From Thraustochytrium aureum (taxonomy: Eukaryota), in the NCBI GenBank assembly GCA_012862495.1, contig BLSG01000330.1, positions 156,505 through 192,747 on the forward strand: a stretch of DNA of 36,243 bases, in the 5' to 3' direction. Position numbers and translations under genes: made by a program. Positions 28,876 to 36,243 of the stretch are shown here, piece after piece. Each line of letters opens with the position of its first letter. The stretch's first letter is position 1. The notes under the pieces were generated by a model. It was not told the DNA's origin, ran no database searches, and saw only the letters and a list, made by a program, of their open reading frames with translations.

Positions 28876-31386
28876 CTACGGGTCGGGCGCCGGCTTCGTG
28901 GCGCTGGGCGGGCTTGCATCTGCCGTGGCGAGGGCCGGTGCCGCGCTGTCAAAGTCGAAGGTGTCATCAAACCCTGCATCGTTGAACGCCGCGTTCAGGT
29001 CTGCTGGAGGGGTCGGCGGGCCAGAAGCCAAACCTTGCGTTCCTGGGCTGGCGTCCGGGTCGACCGCTGTTGATGACGCTGGCACGTTGGTCTCGGCAGA
29101 AACAGCATGAGCCGGGTCGGGCGGCGCTGCGCCGCTTTGTGAGCTATCTGAGGATTCGTGCGCGGCAATCGGCTCGGCGGCCTGCGGCGCCACGTCACTA
29201 CTGGGCGTCGGGGCATGCTCATCCTGCGCAGAGGCGAAGACGGTGTCGAACGGGGATGAGCCCATGTCTTGCGTCAGAGGCGCGTCCCAGTCAATTCCAC
29301 CCGTTTCATCGAAAGGGCTGGAGCCCGCCGACCCATGCTCGGATGCCGCAACAGCAGTCACGCTGGCTGCGCTCACGGCGGCCTCCTCCGACTGCGACGC
29401 CTCGTCCGCCCCAATCGCCGGCGGGGGCAAGACGGCCTCTGCCGACCCCTCGTTTGTTGCTTGGTCGCCCGTCGCCTCGTCAGCTCCGGGTCCAGCGGGA
29501 GCAGGCGGGCGGTGCTGCGAGACTGACTCTGGCGGGATTCGTGTCGGGGCAGCTCGCCGCGGGACGTGCGCAACTGGCCCTGGCGCATCACGCGCAGGCG
29601 GAGCACGTAAGGGTTTCGTGAGCTCTGGGGCGGGTCGCTGCGGCGGGGACGCAAGCGCTTCCGCCGCATCGGCACTGCTGGCTGGAACAGCTGGGTCGGA
29701 TCCTTCAAGCACTGCACCGTCCGCTGGCTGAGCTGCAAAGTTGACAGCCGCTGCCGATGGCTCAAGTTGGCCAGCTGAAGCTGCGGCGGCCTCGGCTTGG
29801 ATTGCGACTTGCTCTGCTTGGAGAGTTGCGGCTTGCTGCTCAAGGCCGGCCGACTCGGAGCGAACGCTGAGGCCCTGGAGCTTGAGAGCAATAAGGTCGT
29901 CCCGGGCGCGCTGCGTCCGCGCCCTGAGCGACTCGATCTCGGCCTTTGCGACAGCAACCTGGCTCTCAAGCTCATCAAGAGCTGCACGCTCCGACTCAAG
30001 CTGCGCATTCGCATCCTCGAGGTTGGCAACGGCAGTCTCGCGCTCGAGCGCGAGGTCAACGAGCCGATCACGCAGTTTGGACTGCTCTTCGCGGAGCCGC
30101 TCAACCAGCCGAGCTACCGTGCCAGCTGCGGTCCCGATGGCCGTGTTGGCGGTGGCGAGCGAGTCTACGTTTCTCTCCCCTTCAGCTTTGAGCGAGGTCG
30201 ACATGAAGGCGCTTTCTTCACTTGTCCGGTCGAACGACTGCTGGGGCAGACTTGCCGAAGCGGGAGCGGCGTGGACTTGGTTGTCGACGGGAATCCCGAC
30301 GCTTGGTGTGGCCGGTCGCGAGTTGGCTGGGCTCCCGGGAAGCGGCTCAGAGCTGACGGGTAGCGAGGGAACTGGGTGCGCGATCGGCGGCTGCTGCGGC
30401 TGGCCCTGCTGGTTTGCCGAAGCCACACCCGACGTGGAGGCAGAACCAACGGACGACAGCGAAGGAGACGGCGACGAGTGTGGGTGCTGTGTTACGTCCA
30501 ACGCACCACCAGNNNNNNNNNNNNNNNNNNNNNNNNNNNNNNNNNNNNNNNNNNNNNNNNNNNNNNNNNNNNNNNNNNNNNNNNNNNNNNNNNNNNNNNN
30601 NNNNNNNNNNNNNNNNNNNNNNNNNNNNNNNNNNNNNNNNNNNNNNNNNNNNNNNNNNNNNNNNNNNNNNNNNNNNNNNNNNNNNCCCAGACCTGGCGGA
30701 GCTGCTGCACACCGAGCCGGGACTGCTTGAAGAACTCCACCGCGACGTTGCCGGGGAACTTGCCGTCCTTGAGCGGCTGCTTGCTGAATATGGCATCGTA
30801 CTGGGCCCGGTTGCTAGGGGTCATCGCCCAGGGGCTTGTGCCCGGGCCAGTCCCGCCAATGGAGCCCACGACGCTCGCTGCCGCTGCGCCGGCTCCGCCT
30901 CGCGAGCCGTGCGTCGGCGTGCCAGGGTGCGACCCTCCGCCATTCGCATGCACGAGGTCTGGGGTTGAAAGCCGCAGAGTGGCGGCCGCCTGGGGAGCAG
31001 GCACCTGTGCGGCACCAGGTGCCAGTCGGTTTGGCCCTTGCTGCAACCCCGGTTGCGCGCCAACGTCGATCCCAGCAAATTTGGGGAGGATCTTGTCCTG
31101 GAGGGACGCTAGCGACTCCTTGTCAAAGGGCTTGCCGTGCTGCGCCAGTGCGACGCACCGGAGCATGGTGAACAGCTCGGCGGCCCGGATCTCGTTCGAG
31201 TTGCCAGTCGCAACGATCCAGACGTCGTGCAGCTTGGCCGGCGGGAGCCCTGACTGCTTGAGAAGTTGCACGAGCCCTTCGGAGCCGAGTAGCTCCCCTC
31301 CCGCCCGGGTTGACCATGCGGAGCAGGTGCTCAAAATAGGCCCTCTCCTCGGGCGCCTGGGGCGCATAGCTGCCCTTCTCGCTCAT
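28876..31386 (-). CDS. Eps15/Ede1-like EH-domain endocytic adaptor; apparent frameshift at ~31295-31306 and gap 30513-30685
   Basis: EH1: EERAYFEHL.../...LLKQSGLPPAKLHDVW...LRCVALAQHG. EH2: WAMTPSNRAQYDAIF...FFKQSRLGVQQLRQVW. Central coiled coil, then an acidic tail with SPFD x2 and FDDTF (FxDxF). Confidence 0.85.
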
Positions 31387-31629
31387 GCTGCGTTCGGCGG
31401 CCAACGCCCGCCCCGGTGAGAAGTGCAGCGAGTTCGAGCGCCTCGCCGCCGTTGCACCCCCGTCCTCGTAGGTGCGTACGTGCGCGCCTGCGCGCCTGCG
31501 TGCCTGCGTTGCAGGCGGGCGGGTGGCTTGCCGCGTGGTGCAGGCAGGCGCGGGCGGCGGGGAGAGCAAGGAGGTCTATCTTTCCGTGATGCGAGGCGAT
31601 TAGGGCGACTCAGGGCGAGGAGCGCGGGG

Positions 31630-31787
31630 GAACAGCGATCTGCTCGGCTCCAACAAGAACAGAGATCAGTTCCCCAGGGAGAGCGGGGGAAACATTCAGG
31701 AACACAGATTTGCTCTTTTCCAAGAACAGAGAGCTGCTCGGTTGATCGATTCGGGAACAGAGGTTTGTTCTTGGAAAAGATCTGCTC
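31630..31787. repeat. Array of five to six degenerate 16-bp semi-palindromes, consensus GAACAGAGATCTGYTC, in a divergent promoter
   Basis: Copies at 31630, 31657, 31700, 31724 and 31755, plus a partial copy at ~31772. Confidence 0.8.
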
Positions 31788-31814
31788 TGTATTCTGTTGG
31801 CCTGTCGACCAGAG

Positions 31815-31905
31815 AGGCAGGCATGCAGGCAGGCAGGCAGGCAGGCGGGCGGGCAGGCAGTGACGCAAGGCAGGCGCGGCCCTCCGCGCAGGCAGCAGGC
31901 AGGCG
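31815..31905 (+). repeat. (GGCA)n microsatellite
   Basis: GGCAGGCATGCAGGCAGGCAGGCAGGCAGGCGGGCGGGCAGGCAG. Confidence 0.85.
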
Positions 31906-32099
31906 AGTGGAGAGGCTGGGCGCAGACTGCCAGGGCAGCGCAAGGACGCGAGGCTACGCCGTAGACGCGTCGGAGGCGACACGGTCTCTTGCGCACGCCG
32001 CTGGCTGTTGTGCCGTTTGTGTGTTTGAATCTGCGGGCCTGCTTGCGTCTGGTGGCGGCGCGAAGAGACGGCGGAGGGGCGGACGGCGAGGACTGCGCG

Positions 32100-34698
32100 A
32101 TGAGCGAGGCTGAAATCACCCCCGATGATGGAGTGGGCCGAACGGCGGTCAAGACCGAATCGAAGGAGCCGCTCGAGGAGACGGATATCGCAGACATGCC
32201 CGAGGTCCCCGAGGTCGCACTCCTCCTGTGGATCCTCTTGTCAAGCGTCAAGTTCAAAATGTCTCACTTTACACTGGGCGCGCTCGAGAGCGGGCTGCGC
32301 AACCCTTCGGTGAGCGACGTGATGGCATGCACCCACACCATTTTGCTCCTGGACGATGCCGAACTCGAAGGACTACGCAGGTCCCAACGCGGCCACATTC
32401 GCAAGGACTTTGATTGGTGGACAGGAGCCCTCTACAGCACCGTGCGCTCGTGGGTTGAGAATCGGCGCGACCTCGCCGCGGATCTGCGCAACTTGGAGGA
32501 GTCTGACGATGCGATCTACGATGAGGACCTCGTTGAGTGGCACAAGGCCAATGTCGCTGAGCTGGACGAGCTCTTGGAACCGATCCTGTTGGGCCCAGTC
32601 CCCACAAAGCTTGAATTGGAGGACGTCGAAGAGAAAGAATCGGAGGACAATTGCGAAAGCCAGAAGGACGCGGAGGACAAACCCGCGAACGATTGCACAA
32701 GTTCGCCGCCTAGCAGCGGGCTCGTCGATCAGGCGAGGCCGAAGGAGTCCAAAAAGGAGCGGCGAGCGAGGCTGTCCAAGCTGTTGAAGGAGAGAGAGGA
32801 CATTCTTGTGGACCAGGTCTTGCCGTTCCGCGGCGCAGACGGGTATTTGTGCATCTCGCCCGCAAAGCGGCTCGCCCTGCTCCGCGCCGTGTGCGTGTGG
32901 CGCGCCAACGGCCATCCAGAGCCGTCTGTGTTGGAGACCGTTCGCGCGTTCGATCCTGACTCGCTGCGCCAGCCGCCGCTGGGGTTTGACAACCTCGGGC
33001 GTCGGTATTGGTACTTTCCGCAGTTCTTTCGCGACTGCCGCGTGTATCGCGAAACCTTTCAAGATGAGGCCGACTTGCTCGCCGAGGAGGACAAGGCGAA
33101 GGAGGAGCGCCGCAAAGTCGATGAAGCGAAGGCGAAGCGGTCGGAGCAGGAGGAGGTTGCGGCCGCGGCCAACGCCGCGGCCACATCCAACGGAAAGCAA
33201 GGTGCGGATCAAGGGCAAGATCAGCTTCGCTCCGGCCGCAAGGGGCGGGGGAAGCGGGCCAAAAACGCTGAGCGCGAGCCGAGCGACGCAAACCAGGATG
33301 AAGAGATGGCCAAACGCTTGGGAGGCCGAATCGACCCGCAGGGTGAGCTCGCGCCGCCGCGTCGAGGTGCAGCGCTTCGACAAAGAGCAGGCTGAGCACA
33401 TGCTCGCGCAGCAAAACCGTAAGCGCGGGTCGAAGGTGGCGGCCGGGGAGAGTGACGCAGAGGACGAGGGAACCGGAACCAGCGACCGGCGCAAGCGCCC
33501 GGCGGTCGACAAAGGTAGGAAGTCAGCAAAAGGCAAGGCGAGCAAACGCAGGCGCGTCGGTGGCGGAGGCGAGGAAGCGGATGGCGGCGGCTCTGAAAGC
33601 GCGACTGGGCGCAAGCGGCGGCCTGCTTACGATGGCCCCGAGCTCCCTCCCAAAAAATGGGAGCTCGTTGTACGAGATCTCGAAAGCTTGCGAGGCCTCA
33701 TTGCACAACTCCAGGCGGTCAAGCCGAAGAGCGCAAACGAAGACCTTATCTATGAGCTTGAGGAAATCGCAGGCCACGTGGAGAAGGAGGAGGACAACAT
33801 TCGCAAGGCCCAGGCTCGGGCAGACAAGCTCGAGCGGATGCAAGCCGTTCCGCGCAAACGGTCCGGCCGCGTCGAGGCTATCGAAGAGAAGAAGAAGCAG
33901 CGCGAAGACGAGGACCGTGAGCGCCGAGAGGCTATGGAAGCTCTCGCCGCGGAGCGCCGCGAGCGTCGGCGTCTTCAAGAGGAAGAGCGCAAGGCGCGGG
34001 AGCGGGAGCGGCGTATTGCGGAGCGCGAGGCGCAAAAACAGTTCGAAGAGCAGCAGCGCGTAGAGCGCCTCGAAGCCCGTGAGCAGGGCCGCATGGAGAG
34101 CTTTCCGACAGTAGGCGAGGACGGTTCCAATGCGCTGGTGCTAAATCCGGCCGCAAGGACGATGGACCCTTCAGCTTGGGCGGAACAGCAGCGACTGGAG
34201 CGCGAAGCTGCCGAACAGGCCGAAAAGGCGAGAGTCAAACAAGCGAATTGGCTCGCCGCACAGCAACTTGGCGGGACAGCTGGATTTGAAGCAATGTCGC
34301 ATGCTGCCTCCGCTGCTGCTGCAGCGGCAGTGGCACAGGCAGCTGCGGAGCATCACGCTGCATTGCATCTGCCGCAGGAATCGCCGCGGTCGGGTTCACC
34401 AGTGCGGCCCGTGAATGGGCACTTGGGGGCTCCAAGTGTAGCCGCTGCCGAAGGAGGCCGTGATGGGGTCACTGGTTCAAGCGCGTCTGACGTTGTTGAC
34501 TGCATTGTGGCCGCCCCGGGAAGCGCGATTGCCGCTGACCCTGGGAGCGCCGCAGCGGGGCTCGCTGAAGGCAACAGCAACTCTGTGGTTCCCTGGGAAC
34601 CAGAGCGAGCCGAGGGCTTAGTTGGCACTCATCGAGTCCGCTTGGAAACGAGTGTGCTCGACGAGGCGCAGTCGTCAAAACAGAAAAGGAAGAAATGA
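32100..34698 (+). CDS. DDT/WHIM(WSD)-domain protein, CECR2/RSF1-like ISWI partner; apparent +1 frameshift at 33320-33322
   Basis: DMPEVPEVALLLW...FTLGALESGL (DDT-like), ISPAKRLALLRAVC (WHIM1-like), LRQPPLGFDNLGRRYWYF (WHIM2), WELVVRDLESLRGLIAQL (WHIM3-like), PRKRSGRV plus charged coil. Removing one G joins the two ORFs as EEMAKRL-EAESTRR. Confidence 0.78.
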
Positions 34699-35274
34699 AA
34701 ACGAAGAGAAAGGAAGAGAAAATTACTCACCAAATCGACGGCCAACCGGTTGATCCCAGGCCAAGTTTGTCGTGCAGGCGATAAAGCGTGTGCCTCTTGA
34801 TGATCCATGACCATTAAAAAGGCAGCACCAACTGACGCGTCTCGAAACACTCGATCAAAAATTCAAGCNNNNNNNNNNNNNNNNNNNNNNNNNNNNNNNN
34901 NNNNNNNNNNNNNNNNNNNNNNNNNNNNNNNNNNNNNNNNNNNNNNNNNNNNNNNNNNNNNNNNNNNNNNNNNNNNNNNNNNNNNNNNNNNNNNNNNNNN
35001 NNNNNNNNNNNNNNNNNNNNNNNNNNNNNNNNNNNNNNNNNNNNNNNNNNNNNNNNNNNNNNNNNNNNNNNNNNNNNNNNNNNNNNNNNNNNNNNNNNNN
35101 NNNNNNNNNNNNNNNNNNNNNNNNNNNNNNNNNNNNNNNNNNNNNTGTGGTGCGCCTGGCCTACTCTTTGTGGGGCAGTGCCGTTGCTTTCTCTGAGGTC
35201 GCACCTCCCGTCTTTTAGCGTCGCGTAGAGTAACAACCCAACCACATATCAATCTTTCTTGAAATCAAGATCAA

Positions 35275-36243
35275 TCAATCAAATACATTCATGGTAGAGT
35301 ACTCCCGGCCTGCAGCCTCGCTACTTCCCAGTCGCTCGCATGCTTCAGATGAGCCGATTTCGCCTCTTCGGTCAATACGAGCCCACCCACTGCTTGTGTC
35401 TAGCCGACCATAGTATGGTAGAAAGACCAACATCTGCGCAGCCCAAAAGCAACCAGCAAATGACCATGATGTGCATGAGCCGGCTTGTCCAATGAGCACG
35501 CCAGCAAGGGCTCTAGACGCAGACATTGCCATGAAGAGCACTGCCTGAAACGCGCCCTGCTCGCGTTTGCCAACGAGCTTGGCAAAAAGGCCAATGTTTC
35601 CAGGGATCTGACCGAACGACCCGAACGCCCACAACATGGAACAGAGCACAAATGGCACTGGCGCTCTCTGGCCCTCCCCGCAGGTGAAGAAAACGGCAAA
35701 GAGCACCAGGGCGAGACCAACGAGAACCTGAAAGTACAGGATTATCTTGCGATCCAGAATTGAATACCGCGCGACAAGCCAGACGACAAGCATGGTCGCT
35801 GACAATCCAACCAATCCGAGCAGGGCGAAGAGAAAGCCGTTCTGCTTTTGGGACCAGCCGAAGAGGTCCTGAGACACCAATGGGAGGCTCCATTGAACGA
35901 GGGTCTGGTTGAAGTTGTTTTGGATGGAGAGCAGGAAAGAGATCCACGCCCCGGATGCCGCGATGTGGCGGAAAACTGAAGCCGCTTCGAACACAATGCT
36001 TGCGTGTGCACTGCTAGCCGCGCGATGTTGGTTGCTGAGGAGACCCGTTTCGCTTTCGAGCAACCCCCCAGTGGATCGGGCCGGCTCAGTGAAGTGGCGG
36101 CGCAGCGCCACGAGGCAGACGAGATTAGCGAAGGCAATAAAGTATCCACAATACGTGAACTGGTCGACCACCCCAGGCACGCCTGGCAGGACAGCAAAGC
36201 CAGTCGCAAGCGCTGGGCTCAGCATCGTGACCACGTTGAATAC
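35275..36243 (-). CDS. Major facilitator superfamily transporter (MFSD8/CLN7-like), C-terminal part; the 5' end lies beyond the window
   Basis: Open to the window end (VFNVVTMLSPALA...). Multiple TM helices; FTYCGYF...HFTEP and LFAKLVGKREQGAFQA resemble MFSD8-type carriers. Confidence 0.8.
   Translation of the reverse strand, partial: VFNVVTMLSPALATGFAVLPGVPGVVDQFTYCGYFIAFANLVCLVALRRHFTEPARSTGGLLESETGLLSNQHRAASSAHASIVFEAASVFRHIAASGAWISFLLSIQNNFNQTLVQWSLPLVSQDLFGWSQKQNGFLFALLGLVGLSATMLVVWLVARYSILDRKIILYFQVLVGLALVLFAVFFTCGEGQRAPVPFVLCSMLWAFGSFGQIPGNIGLFAKLVGKREQGAFQAVLFMAMSASRALAGVLIGQAGSCTSWSFAGCFWAAQMLVFLPYYGRLDTSSGWARIDRRGEIGSSEACERLGSSEAAGREYSTMNVFD

Noticed and set aside
31630..31787. CRISPR-like array
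   Set aside because: Repeats are 16 bp and degenerate, spacers range 1-27 nt, the context is eukaryotic and there are no cas genes.

Overview
GC-rich, gene-dense, intron-poor eukaryotic scaffold with ten N-gaps. A flagellated stramenopile, probably a thraustochytrid/labyrinthulomycete, is inferred from DRC10, a mitochondrion-targeted SerA and the VWD-mucin-like protein; this is not proven. Genes in order: the 5' end of a secreted ~120-aa-repeat protein missed by the ORF track (1-789, -); two tandem papain-family (C1A) proteases with GPI-like tails; a tail-anchored J-domain protein; spliced RPS21; DRC10/IQCD; a PAP2 lipid phosphatase; spliced NIF3; a MUB/UBL3 ubiquitin-fold protein; a COG0523 (CobW/ZNG1) GTPase with an unusual architecture and three frameshifts; a VWD/Pro-Thr mucin-like membrane protein; an SLC25 carrier; a mitochondrial-type phosphoglycerate dehydrogenase; a myosin; an Eps15-like EH protein; a DDT/WHIM chromatin-remodelling subunit; and a partial MFS transporter. 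The most unusual signals are the COG0523 protein (His-periodic N-terminus, TM helix, and a C-terminal domain resembling the small domain of group II PLP decarboxylases) and the GAAC..GTTC semi-palindrome arrays and TpA islands in divergent promoters. Five single-base frameshifts all fall where a G/C run-length miscall would explain them and are most likely sequencing errors. No rRNA, tRNA, CRISPR or clear transposon was found.
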